Below the pieces are notes generated by a model that made no database searches, was not told the origin of the DNA, and saw only the letters and a list, made by a program, of their open reading frames with translations. The translations under genes and the position numbers were made by a program. 64,000 nt of DNA from Setoptus koraiensis (taxonomy: Eukaryota > Animalia > Arthropoda), in assembly GCA_048013815.1 (NCBI GenBank), contig CM106585.1:21824001-21888000 (forward strand). The letters are read 5' to 3'. Positions 1-12,004 of the stretch are shown one piece after another. Position 1 is the stretch's first letter. Each line of letters opens with the position of its first letter.

Positions 1-1621
1 TCTTGATGAGGACGGTTTGTTGGCGCATTTGACACTCTTGGACAGGCCCAGAGTTATAGATTTTGGGCAATTATATCCAAGTAACGTTATTATTGATGAG
101 TTAGCGTCCAAAGGTAGAAAATATCTTGGAGTAGAGAGTTTAGATAGTTGCTCTCAGTGGTGTCTTTATTATGATTGTTCTCTATTGTCGTACTGTGAAA
201 GCGAAAACTATTGCATTGTACTACCTTATGGTTCTGTGTATATAGATCCGAAAAAGCCACATTATCAAGCGAATCCAGGTTGTGACTCATATAAAATAGA
301 AAGAGCTAATTCCGATTTCATAAGAGATCTACTATCATTGAACAACTTAATTATATCAATCTGTAACAAAACTAGCAATTTGGATAATCGACCATTCCTC
401 TCTATGCAAATTGATGACAAATTGGCGCCGCCTATTCAACTAAACCCCATTGAATGTTTGGAATCGGATGATTCAATTTCGCAAGTTTTTGATCACAGAC
501 AAGATCTTTATGAAATGGATGTACATTTTTCGGAACTTATGCACGGACACAAGCTGTTGAAATCTGATAAGAAAACATTGGAAATAATACCCTCCAGCTA
601 TGATTTATGCAAATCAGCTTGCATAGAAAATCAGTGTCTGGTATTCAGTTACTGTAGTGAGAAATCTCAATGTTTGATTCAAGTGAACGAACTCAAGATG
701 GCACGTGTTGAAGATATTCTATCATTAGTAGAGGAATCTTCTCATTGCAGCATCATACAGATGGAGCCTTTGTCATTGTTCGATAAGTACATTTGGATAG
801 AGGAACCAACTGATTACGATAGATTGGTTTTGGTGAATGATGAGATCGAATGCGCTCAAAATTGTTTAGGTTACATCGAAAAAGATGCAACGACTATTCC
901 TGAACAGAACAACCAGACCAAAAGCAACCGAGAGCGTTGTTATTCGTTTGATTTATGTTGGCACAATACGGTACCGAATCCTGATCAAGATTCTGCTTGG
1001 ATAAAATGTTACCTAAATTATCACTGGAGCAGAATAAAATCTGACCCCATGGAGAAGGATCGAAGTCACGGTAACCCAGTAACTATCGGTGCGCAATCAG
1101 AGCCCAACTCAGAATCTAAGTGTATGAGGTACCAAAGAACAATCTTAAAGAATTTTGAGATATATGAACATAAAACATTTGATCTGGAATCGAGAGAGTT
1201 CTCAGGTAAAGTATCAATATTAGAGTTACATATTAGTGATGTTCATTGTGGTAAAGTGTGCAATGACAATCCAGCTTGCAGTGCATTCGCAAGTTGTTTT
1301 GATGAAACAAGAAAAACCGATAAATGTCTGATTTACGAATCTTCAAACGAGAGATTGCGCCACAAATTGATCCATTCGGACAAATGCATTGTTCACATTT
1401 TAGCCGACAATGGCAACATGAACGTTCATGATAACCAACCCGCAATTGATGAACAAAACAACAACGACAACAGAACAGCAGACAATATAAGTGGATTGGA
1501 CTTGTCGTGGTTTATTGGACTAAATATCTTATTCGTTTGGATAGGTGCAGTGAGTGCATTAACGTTTGTTACGTTTCTCCGGCAAGGTAGCACGAGGAGA
1601 TGCCGAGGCGGCAGCCACTAA
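1..1621 (+). CDS. 3' part of a PAN/apple-like Cys-repeat single-pass membrane protein (frame open beyond the window start)
   Basis: Frame is open from base 2 (CTT GAT GAG GAC...). About four Cys clusters of PAN/apple type (CSQWC...CSLLSYC, CKSAC...CLVFSYC, CAQNC...CYSFDLC, CGKVC...CSAFASC), then a hydrophobic TM (WFIGLNILFVWIGAVSALTFVTFL) and a short basic tail. Confidence 0.6.
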   Translation, partial: LDEDGLLAHLTLLDRPRVIDFGQLYPSNVIIDELASKGRKYLGVESLDSCSQWCLYYDCSLLSYCESENYCIVLPYGSVYIDPKKPHYQANPGCDSYKIERANSDFIRDLLSLNNLIISICNKTSNLDNRPFLSMQIDDKLAPPIQLNPIECLESDDSISQVFDHRQDLYEMDVHFSELMHGHKLLKSDKKTLEIIPSSYDLCKSACIENQCLVFSYCSEKSQCLIQVNELKMARVEDILSLVEESSHCSIIQMEPLSLFDKYIWIEEPTDYDRLVLVNDEIECAQNCLGYIEKDATTIPEQNNQTKSNRERCYSFDLCWHNTVPNPDQDSAWIKCYLNYHWSRIKSDPMEKDRSHGNPVTIGAQSEPNSESKCMRYQRTILKNFEIYEHKTFDLESREFSGKVSILELHISDVHCGKVCNDNPACSAFASCFDETRKTDKCLIYESSNERLRHKLIHSDKCIVHILADNGNMNVHDNQPAIDEQNNNDNRTADNISGLDLSWFIGLNILFVWIGAVSALTFVTFLRQGSTRRCRGGSH

Positions 1622-2241
1622 ACAGATTGCGACACAAATTGCGAAATAAATATCAACCACATTACATAAGAGGTATCAAACAAGATATAAGTGATGAGAT
1701 GATATAGTATGATCAAGGGGTACAGTATGAAGTGATTGGCAGGATATTTTCACATAAGTGTTTGTTGTTCCACAATGCGACAGTGAACTGACAAACGTGA
1801 AAGCAGCGGAACAAAAACAGTGTAGAGTCAGTGAAATGTTGAAAACAACGGTGGCTGTGTCCAGTGTCAGTGTCAGTGTCACTGATTTCACGGTAGAGGG
1901 CAACTCGTCTTGGGCGCATCGGAATTTGTACCGTGTGCGTTTTTGGCAATGTCCCTAAGGAGTTCTTTTTTTCTCTGCCAGGGGCGCAGCAGGCGGACTA
2001 GGGTGCATAGCCAAGGACAGTGTCTCGATATATGTTTATTTATTTTGATTTACAATTTGTTGATGGGACACGTTCACATTCACGTCCCGATTCTGCAGAT
2101 AAGCACTCTGCAAGATCAACTACTATTCGCTCGAATTGCATACAAGAATAGAAGCCGATCTGACAGATCAAAAAAGAATCCTCCTGGCGGACATTGGCAT
2201 AAACGCACACAGCACAGTGGTATGATTGTGGGCAGCGAATA

Positions 2242-2618
2242 TAGGGTGGGAGGCTCAAATGAGCAAGGTCCAAAAGCGCCTGTGCAGCACACAAGCACAG
2301 AGAGTGCAAAGTAGTATTGTGTGCCAGTGTTAAACTGCGGCGCTAAACACGCTCAAAGTCTTGCTTACTCACTAACTGTGCGATTAAAGCAAGCACACGT
2401 TTTTCTGCTGCACCTAAATTAGTTTACAAAAGATCCACGAGAGCGGCGCTGCAAGGCATTCTTCGTTGAACAAAGTGTGAGCAGCGCCTCTGTTGGATAC
2501 TTCATAAAACATCGGTGCACATTGGAAGCAGCGCGCAGTGTTTGTGTGCTGAAAATGCACTGTGGAAGGCAGCGTAGCATAAACTGTAGAAACTTGCCCA
2601 TTTGAGCCTCCCACCCTA
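2242..2618. mobile_element. MITE-like element (377 bp), Tc1/mariner-type termini
   Basis: 26-bp inverted repeats TAGGGTGGGAGGCTCAAATGAGCAAG (2242-2267) and CTTGCCCATTTGAGCCTCCCACCCTA (2593-2618), one mismatch. Flanked by TA on both sides (2240-41, 2619-20). No coding capacity. Confidence 0.8.
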
Positions 2619-3510
2619 TACCAACGGACTCACAAAGAGATGATGCAAATCGAGTGCACTCATATGGAAAAAATAAACTGTTGATTACAGCCACCATGTA
2701 CCACAGTGAAAACAGATTGCTGCCCAACTGCATTATCAATACTGCTATGGCTGCAGCTGTATCGTTGGAACAAGAAAAAATAAACACTAGCAACAGTTTT
2801 TCGATAGCAGACAGAGATTATTTGTGTGCCAATAAGATGAATACAAAGCGGCAAGTGTCCAATATAACGTGAACACTGTGTGATTTAGATTCAATCTTCT
2901 TCATGCAACTGTCTGTGGTCTTCATTGGCATAAAATCTCTGCATCAGCATCAAATGTATCGAATACAAACAGAGGGAAAGAATTCTTCGCCGGACATTCG
3001 AATTCTAATCAAAATGCAAATCTGTATACCATATGTACAGGCATTAGTATTACTATTTTATTAAACCGAACCGCAAATGCAAGTCGCAAATGCTGTTATT
3101 ACTGGTAATCGACGTTTATCTTGTCCACTAGTAAACTGGTTCTATCAGATGTTCCGACACAGGATCTCATGCAAACAATTTTATATATTGTTTATATTGA
3201 CCATAAGATTAAAACTCTGGCCATTTATCCACGCCTTTATCACGATGTCATACATCAGAATGAGGACAATTTCCCGGAATATTATCATAAACGGGCAGTG
3301 TGTTTGCAATTAACGCGTCGCCTATTATAGAGAGGCTGTAACTATTGCATCATGAACATTTAAAAGTATTTCAACAAATTAACAATCAACAAGTTAACAT
3401 AGACACACATAAACACAATTTAAATTATTTATTAGCTTTTGTATTATTAACTATTGCATAGGTGCAAACCCTATACTACTTACTATAATATATTTATTTA
3501 CAATTCGCCT

Positions 3511-6500
3511 ATGCACATCATGAGAAGCAACCAAGATGATCTAGTGGCCAAGGAGATAGTGCAAACTTTGAGAGAATGGCACAGGATATGGCGAACAGTT
3601 TATCTGAGTAATCAGCATGACTTATTGGAGAGAATTTCCGTTGCCATAACAGATCTGTTCGATCTGAGGAAACAATTGTTGCACAATCACCAGAGTCACG
3701 ATCAATTGAAAGAGCTTAAATTTAGAATTGTTAGCAAAATCGATGCTGGCAATAAATTGTTGAATCTTGATCTGGTCCCCAGAATCGATTCACAGATAGT
3801 CAATCCCAGGGACATCTGTCCAATCAAACTACTTCAAATACATTGCGAAGCATCCTGTGATCAAATTTTGCCATACAGTAAATCGAGCTGTACTAATTCA
3901 AACATATCAAGTTCTACTTCAAGCAGTTCTACTTCAACAAATTCTTCTGCAACACATAATTTAAAATTGACTGTTAAAGATATTAATCTCAGTATATTAA
4001 ATCAAGAAGAGTGTACAGAGATGTATATTTCGGTTATTGATGCCACCAATATGAGCCAAATCAAATTTATGACAGAAAAGCATCTTGTCAGGTGTAGAAA
4101 TGACACTCCTTCTAGTCCTGTTAGTACAATTTTCACCGATTTCAGCAATACCGACATCGGCAGGGATCTTTATTTGTTCATACAAATCTATAGAATTGGT
4201 CGAATGAACATAACAGATGGCATGAAAACTTTAGGCAGACACCAAACATCAACAAATACCATTGCAGCTAACAGTAGACCTACTACCAATGGATCTACTA
4301 ATCCATCACAGTCCAACACCAACTCAACTCCTGGTAAGATTATCAACATGTTTAACAATATAGTTTCTATCGGTTTGTCAGAGAATCAGTATAAAAGACC
4401 TTATGGAGGGGCAATAGTGCCAATAACGGAAAGTGTAAGAGGTAGTCATCAAGAAAAAGAATATCAAGTAAAAATCAACGCTTGCAACGAAAATGATTTT
4501 CATCAACTTCACGAGACTTTGCTGAGGAAGCAAACAAGCAAACTTAATCAAACCTCACCGGGTATTGATATGAATATTGCACTCAGGTTTTTCAGAGGTG
4601 ATTATAATCTATTCTTGAAAGATGAATGTGTAACACGCAAACGCGGTTTTCCCGACGTTGTTATGCCTGGTGACTTCAGAAACGATCTTCATTTTGTCTT
4701 AGAAAGCGGTGAATTCGAGAAAGGAGGAAAGTCTATTCCTAAAAACATCGAGGCCTGCATAAGTCTGGTCGATAGCAAAGGAATAACTATCGATAAATGT
4801 ATTTCATACGGAAGTGGTGTTGCTAATGTTACAACTTACAAATCTGGAGTTTATTATCACTCCAACTCTCCGAAGTGGAATGAATCCTTAAAGTTCATTG
4901 TTCCTTTAGACGAATTTGAAGGTGCTCATGTGAGGATCGAATTTAGACATTGTTCCACCAAAGATAAAGGAAAGAGGTTCTTGGGATTCTGCTACATGCC
5001 TTTGAGCGACACGGATGGCACAGTCATTTCTAATAAGCAACACGAACTCTATTTATATCGATATGATGTGCAAAATTTCGAAGACGAAAATCTCAACATG
5101 TTAAGCTACACTCTACTGCCATACGGACCAGGTAGCAAGAATGCTAAAATGAATGGCTCCGTGCTGAATAGTTCCACTAGTCGTTTCTTTAGAAACACTA
5201 AAGAGGTAATCTATGTAAGCACATTCTTGCTTAGCACTAAATTGACACAGAATAGTGATTTACTAACTTTATTAAAATGGCGCGAACTAGATCCTGACGA
5301 TATCAAAGGCGCTCTTGAAAAAGTGCTCTACATGGATGGGGAGGAAATTGTAAAGTTTTTACAGGACATTTTAGATACCTTATTTGATACATTTGCAATA
5401 TTTTCAACAAGCGAAGTTGATCCGAAAAAGAATTGTTCGGGATTTATTTTTAAAGTTCTGGTGCACATATTCTTACTCTTGGACGAACCCAAGTACTCAC
5501 ATTTCAAGCCTGTTTTGGAAACTTACGTATCTGCTCATTTCTCGGCAACTCTAGTTTATAAAGGACTTTTATCATGCGTGAAACAGTGTGCCGATTATTC
5601 TTCGGATGTCGACAAACATGTCCCAATACAAGGATGCTTCAAATCTTTACACTACGTTTTCCAATTTATCATTCAATCTAGACTATTATATATCAAAGCT
5701 ACGGAACATAATAGTGACTCGGATCACTTCTTGGCGTTCGCTACCGACCTGCGTTTATTGTTTAAATCGTTTGATCGAATGTTGATGTTGCCAACCTCAG
5801 ATGTTACAGATGTTTCTGATAGCATTTTCACAATTCAAGCTGTCTTCCTCAAGGCATTTCCTTTTACATTCGATCAATTGTTGAAAGTGATGGAACCCAT
5901 GGACTTGACAGGACGAATAACCAGATTCATCGACGGCGCTTTCGAGAGACCAAATAAGATGGTAAGTAGTCTTTAAATATTCGGAAACTTTTCATCTAAA
6001 CTAATCGTATTTCCCGATCACAAACTAAAGTGATAGAATCTCATGTTTCTATGGAGAAACTCGATATTATTTCTCCCCTTTACTCCATCCTTACTGAATG
6101 ACCACTCGAACATCTTTTTTATTTCAGGGATGTTTCTGCTACTCATTACCTCAGACTATCTTGAAGGCTAGACTCAAATTTATTCAGGATACTTTAGAAA
6201 GCGTTCTTTGTCGAGACATGGAGCCTAGACAAAGAATTATTGAGACTTGTTGCAAACATCTAGAACATCTTATTTCGTCCATGAAAGAGATAAAGCTTTG
6301 TGCAGAGATACTGTCTACCATGCTTATAAAATGTTATGATTTTCACTGGCCGAAAATAAGCGAATTATGTATTCGCGAGGATAACAATACATCAGGAAAT
6401 CACAACCGTTTTGATCAACTCATCACAATCATAGATTTGAGAAAGATTGTCCGTCCTACCAAATATGCCAATTGCGATTTGCTAGCATGTCTATTGACCA

Positions 6501-9500
6501 ATGAACTTAGCCCTATCGTCTTGTTTGTCCTGAACTCCATAGTTGTTCTCCTGGATAAACTTATTAAGGATGCTCAATCGAACAAAATTCTCATTCAGCA
6601 ATATTACGCTTGTCTTTTCACAATTCTTAAACTAATGAATGAGCGAAACTACAATCAGTTCCTTAATAACTTGAGAGTCCACCAAAAAGAATTTCTATTA
6701 AGCTTTTTCAGGATCGTTAAGTATTCAAAAGAAATATATGACAAAGATTGGTTAGTCATGAAAATGTTGGCAGATTCTATCGCCGTGTGTTCGTTGGACC
6801 AGCTTTCAAGACCTCTCAAGATTGAAGTTTCAAATTCGTTATTCGATAAGACTCTTTGGAATTCATACTTCAATTTAACTATCGAAATTCTGATACATCC
6901 AAACCTGCAACTGGAGACGTTTACTGACTACAAGAGAACTTTTATACTTAAAAACTTCGGAGATCTCCGGCTCTGCATGGGAAGACAAATCTTGAACATG
7001 TGGAAAGATCTTGGATCCTTTAAAGTAAGCCTTTCACCGACTATGGTTATGTCTCTTCTAGAAATTACTTTTTTGCCCATTGATGAATTACAAAAGGAAA
7101 CCATGCCAGCATTCTACGATCTTATCGACACTGAATATAAACTGAAAAACGATTTTCGTCAGGTAGAAAAAAGTCTGATGGATAGCATGGAGGTTTCTAT
7201 CTTGAGTGGTAAAGGAGATACTTCGTATGCAGATCTATTTAACTCAATCCTAGTGGAAAACATAGAGTCGAAGTCTCCTGTCTGGAAGGATCAAGGTTTG
7301 AGATTTGCTAGATCTCTGAATCGGCAGATACATCTTTTGCTAGATTTGGGAAACATTCCAGATGTACCAGAGAAGAGGAACAAGCGGATGAATTGTTTGG
7401 TGAAACTTCTTTATTTCTACAAACTCGAATACAAGAGAAATGATATGTATGTGAAGTACATTTACGAATTGTGCGATATGCATCTTCCGTCATCCAATTA
7501 CGTTGAAGCTGCTTTTACCCTGAAGTTATATGCCGATATACTCGATTGGTCAAATAAGATATTGAACTCGTTGGATGGCTATCATTCGAGAGAGGAGGAA
7601 TGGAAAAGAAAAGAAATGTTATACTTGAGAATAATTGATTATTTCGACCAAGGAAAGTGCTGGGAAGAGGCTATATCTTTGTGTAAAGAGTTGGCCTTTT
7701 TTTATGAAACCTGCCTGGTTGACTACAGTAGATTATCCAATATTTTGAAAAGATTGGCAACGTTTATTGATAGTATCCTAAACAATCAAAGACCTGCCAG
7801 AGAATATTTCAGAGTTGGCTTTTATGGTTCCGATTTCCCTTCTTTCATAAAGAATAAAGAATACATTTTTCGTGGAAAGGAGTACGAGGGTTTGCCTGCC
7901 TTTATGCAAAGAATACTTAACGAATACCCCGATGCCACTATATTAAGTTCAGCGAGCAAGCAACAGATAAACTGTGACGCATCTGGCCAAAATATTGTCA
8001 TATCTAATGTGAAGCCTGTACCTTGTTTGGAACCACACCTCAAGTGCGAAGAAAAAAATATATCTGAAAAGATTATTGGATATTATCTGAACAACAGATT
8101 GGATACATTTTTTTACGATAAACCCATCCAGAAAGGTGTCGGAGATAAAGAAAACGAATTTAGAACTCTCTGGGTTGAGCGGACGACATTGAAATTGTAT
8201 GAGGCATTACCTGGGATCTTGCCATGGTTTGAAATTGGGGATAAAACTGTTACAGAAATTTCTCCGATAAACCTTGCGATAGAAACCGTGTCGAACATGA
8301 ACTCAGAAATGAGTAAGTTGATATGCAAATATAGGTATGAGAAAATTACACAGATCCGTCCTCTCACTATGCGACTACAAGGTGTCATAGACGCACCTGT
8401 CAATGGTGGTATCGCAGTTTTCATCGATGCCTTTCTAAGCCCAAAGTATACTCAGATAAGCCCTCATTGTTCTGAATTGGTATTAAAACTTAAGGATTTA
8501 ATCAAACATCAAATCAGAATACTTGAGAGTGGACTTCTTCTGCATGAAAGACTAGCTACTCCAGAATGGCAACCTCTTCATGCAATATTAGTCGAGAGAC
8601 TTAGTTCAATTAAATCTTCCTTGATTGATACACCTAGTCCAAACTCACCTCATCCATCGATGACATGCTCTGGGAGTGAAAGTGGTACAATCTCGCGAGT
8701 TTCTATAGTTAATCAGCCTCTACCTCCAATGCCGACATCAAATAAATCTAATATTCCAACAGACGAAGATGATTTCAGCTCAGATTCCAACTATGATGAT
8801 CAAATCTATTCACTAGTTCCCGACCCACCAGATAGGCCAATACCGAATGATGTTGAGCGACGAGATGATCGCTTGACAGCACTTAAAAGCCCTGAATGCA
8901 CTTCTTCGTTATCATCAATTGCAATAGTTAGCAACTTTCCACAAAATAGGCCAAAGAGTAATTGCTCAAATCTGAAAAGTAATAACAATTCACACGAAGT
9001 ATTTCCCAATAAGAATTTGCATTTGGACTCTCAATCTAGTCTTCAAGATATTGTTAATCATCGATTAGCACAAAACAATAATCTCTTGCAACACAAATCC
9101 TCAGAACAATGTTCATACAATAAGGATGCTAATTTTTCACTTTGGTCAAATCCGTCGTCCAACACCAACTCTTTGATTTTCGACAATGCATCGCCTGACA
9201 ATGCTCCACCTCTTCCCCCGAGAACCATGGATCGTATTGCTAGACACGAGATACTTGCTCATAAAGATAAGATATCGAATAATACCCTACGTACTAGCGA
9301 GCAGTTGGAGAGCGAAAAGGATCAATTGGAAGTAACCTCAGTCGATGAAAGTGCAAAGCTTGTTAAATGTGAGACACTAACTGTAAATAGTATTGCTACT
9401 CCCCCGCCGCTACCCAATCGTCAAGCCAAAGCTGGTTCAGATTCTGAGTTCAAATCAGTATCTAATAACAACACTAAGTGCACAATCAACGATCTGTTGT

Positions 9501-9535
9501 CTGAGGAAACTGAAGACTTTCCAACTGGAGAATGA
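3511..9535 (+). CDS. DOCK3/4 (spg): Dedicator of cytokinesis DOCK3/4 family (sponge-like) Rac GEF; 2 exons, ~1945-1950 aa
   Basis: Motifs TLREWHRIW...GNKLLNLDLVPR, C2/DHR1 (RGFPDVVMPGDFRNDL...GEFEKGGKSIPKNIE), DHR2 (YFRVGFYG, MRLQGVIDAPVNGG), and C-terminal PPLPPR/PPPLPNR. Exon 1 is 3511-5961 with a phase-0 GTAAGT donor at 5962. Acceptor is CAG at 6127 or 6154, both in frame. Start assumed at ATG 3511. Confidence 0.92.
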
Positions 9536-10087
9536 CAGATGTATAACCGTGGCCTACAAAAATGAAAACCTTTTCTATCTCTTTCTTCCACTAATACAAT
9601 CTTTCAATAAATAATTCACCTCTTGGACTGAATCACCTAATATTTTATCGGCTGTTTTTTGATTGTTGATTTTCTAAGTGGATGATCAGCTTACGGTCAT
9701 TTTGTTGGAATCTTTTGCATTATGAATCATCAACTTGAGTTTATCTGTTTCAGTATTTGTTTGTTTGATTATTTATTCGTTAATAAACTTTGTAATGTAT
9801 GTCCTATATGGTACAAATATATTCTGGTATAGAAGGATAAACCTCATCATAAGAGGCGAGAAACAAGTTGCACTATGAGGAGAAGAATTATTTACGCTCC
9901 ACCCTCGCGAAATAAAAACAATGAAAGATGGCGTGCACAGCTGTAGAGAAAATTTAGCACAACTTGACGTTGTATTTCAAGGTGACTGTAAAAAAACTAA
10001 ACTCAATAGACACCGTTAGAAATAATTAGAATCAAGGCGTTATCCATAAGTAAATTTTCTGTCAATTGAATCATAAACATTATAACC

Positions 10088-10564
10088 ATGATTCCCAAGC
10101 TACCCAGCCTCAAGATAATATTGGGTCTGGATAAAGTGGAAAATTTAATCAGAATGGTTCAGCAGAATGGTGGAATCAAGCAATCATTGTATAAAGGATT
10201 TGTAAACGATTATCTCAAAGAGGGCACCCTTGTTGGAGAGGACAAATACGGAAATAAATATTATGAGAATAATAACTACTTTGTTTGCAGAAACCGCTGG
10301 GTCGAATACAATGATAATGTCTACTTGAATTACAACGCCAGCCAGATACCACCGGAGTGGCACAGATGGCTACAGCATATTTGTGACCTGCCGCCTACGA
10401 TAGATAAGCCGGTACATCACAAATGGATGATAGATCATGAGGAAAATCAAACTGGAACCAGATTTGCGTATATGCCCTACAGCACCACAAAACAAAAGAT
10501 AAAGCCTTGGGTTCCGGAAAACTCGAAAAGTCGTCGCCTAGCTGCACAAACTAGTCAGTCTTAA
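10088..10564 (+). CDS. NDUFA12: NADH dehydrogenase 1 alpha subcomplex subunit 12
   Basis: GTLVGEDKYGNKYYEN...RNRWVEY...ASQIPPEWHRWL...NQTGT...YMPYSTTKQKIKPW, the family signature. Intronless. Confidence 0.95.
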   Translation: MIPKLPSLKIILGLDKVENLIRMVQQNGGIKQSLYKGFVNDYLKEGTLVGEDKYGNKYYENNNYFVCRNRWVEYNDNVYLNYNASQIPPEWHRWLQHICDLPPTIDKPVHHKWMIDHEENQTGTRFAYMPYSTTKQKIKPWVPENSKSRRLAAQTSQS

Positions 10565-10741
10565 TTTGTGACGAAAAGCGTTTGAATGTTTTCATCGAGA
10601 AAAAGTCAAAATTCAATTATGATTTCAAAATTAAAGCCCTTAGGAACTAGTTCGATTTTAGGGTTAAAATCAACGTGCCAAAAGTTTCAGAATACTCATT
10701 GATTACTCGACTAAGGGACTACATTCACACACTGCAGCAAT

Positions 10742-11557
10742 TTAATCATTCCGTTTGAAAATGTTGGGACGAGCTCCAGCATCCAAACGTATGCTGGATC
10801 CGTTCAGCATCTGATTCTCCAATATAGTTTGGACTAAATGTGTGAACTCTTCAGGTTCACCAAGTCGGTTTGGCAGAAGATTCACCTCCTTCTCTATATG
10901 ATCTATTACAATTGGGCTGGTCGCTTGTATTAATTTTGTATTGAAATAGCCTAGACTAATAGTATTTGCTCTTATTCCATGAGGAGCTAGTTCCCTTGCC
11001 AACTCGAATGTCATCGAATCTATAGCTCCTCTCGAAGCTGAGTATCCCGATTGGCCTGTGAGGGCGTCCTCTGTAGAAACACAACTAACATTGATAATAC
11101 ATTTTGTTTTGTTTTGAGAATCCAAAGTATCACTATCTCTGAGCATATGTTTTATCGCCCATCTACAAGTGTTGAAAAATCCGATTGTATTGAATGAGAT
11201 GAGATTATCGAAATGATCCAGACCATAAACCAAGCCAGACTTTCGACTGTGCAATTGAAAGGCTGCGCTAACTCCGGCAGCATTGATCAAGTTATCCAGC
11301 CGTCCAAATTTTTTCAAGGCCAGATCCAATGTGGTTTGCATGGCTACTTCATCCTGAGTAGTATGAGCTCGCAGCAACAAGCGTTCATCCTTTTCAAACT
11401 GTTTAAGCAAAGAATCATCTAGGCAGCGATCAATTCCCACAATACCTTTGCTCCCTTTATTGAGTAGATGTTCAAGGGTAGCTTTGCCCAATCCCGAGTT
11501 ACAACCGGTAACAATATTTATTGTATTCCTAATGGAATTAAACAAAGAGGTATTCAT
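10742..11557 (-). CDS. HSD17B10: HSD17B10/scully-like short-chain dehydrogenase (3-hydroxyacyl-CoA dehydrogenase type 2 / MRPP2 family)
   Basis: TGxxSGLG Rossmann motif, FGRLDNLINAAG, GQxxYSAS, ARELAPHGIR, RLGEPEEF...NQMLNGSSIRLDAG. First ATG at 11557; the ORF track starts at TTG 11569. Confidence 0.85.
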   Translation of the reverse strand: MNTSLFNSIRNTINIVTGCNSGLGKATLEHLLNKGSKGIVGIDRCLDDSLLKQFEKDERLLLRAHTTQDEVAMQTTLDLALKKFGRLDNLINAAGVSAAFQLHSRKSGLVYGLDHFDNLISFNTIGFFNTCRWAIKHMLRDSDTLDSQNKTKCIINVSCVSTEDALTGQSGYSASRGAIDSMTFELARELAPHGIRANTISLGYFNTKLIQATSPIVIDHIEKEVNLLPNRLGEPEEFTHLVQTILENQMLNGSSIRLDAGARPNIFKRND

Positions 11558-11746
11558 CAGGTCGAGCAATTAACTGAACAAAAATAAAATGAAGCAATTG
11601 GGTAGATTCGGTGAAATTTAATTAATGCGATCTTTTCAAATGATCAAACATCACCTAAATAAAAAGGACAAATTCATGTCACGTGTATGACTATACGATT
11701 CTTGTCCAAAAATCATTAATGTCTTATGCCAAGTACTTTCATCAAG

Positions 11747-11819
11747 GTCCCATTAGCGCAGTGGATAGCGCGTTGGACTTCTAATCCAAAGGTCGAGGGT
11801 TCGACTCCCTCATGGGATG
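11747..11819 (+). tRNA. tRNA-Arg (anticodon TCT), intronless
   Basis: Full 73-nt cloverleaf: acceptor GTCCCAT/ATGGGAT, D arm GCGC-AGTGGATA-GCGC, anticodon arm TTGGA-CTTCTAA-TCCAA, T arm GAGGG-TTCGACT-CCCTC. Confidence 0.95.
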
Positions 11820-11827
11820 AGACTTAC

Positions 11828-11832
11828 TTTTT
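11828..11832 (+). terminator. Pol III oligo-T terminator of tRNA-Arg
   Basis: T5 run 8 nt after the tRNA 3' end. Confidence 0.6.
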
Positions 11833-12004
11833 GCAATGTTCACCTGGTTCCAATCCATCCATGGAAGGGATCATCTTTTATCTATCAACTTGGATCATCT
11901 TTATTTTTGAGCCTCAGACGCATAATAAATTCAATTTCCCAACATTTATATTCTTCTTAGTATGCATACCGCACTTCATTAACCTATCTCATTTGGACCC
12001 CAAG

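Noticed and set aside
1676-3330. Cluster of 60-134 aa ORFs between the PAN gene and DOCK
   Set aside because: No domain similarity, none is SH3-like, and several run through the MITE.
11726-12004. 5' extension of the 241-aa ORF
   Set aside because: Reads through the tRNA-Arg gene and AT-rich promoter; SUPT7L similarity lies downstream of ATG 12005.
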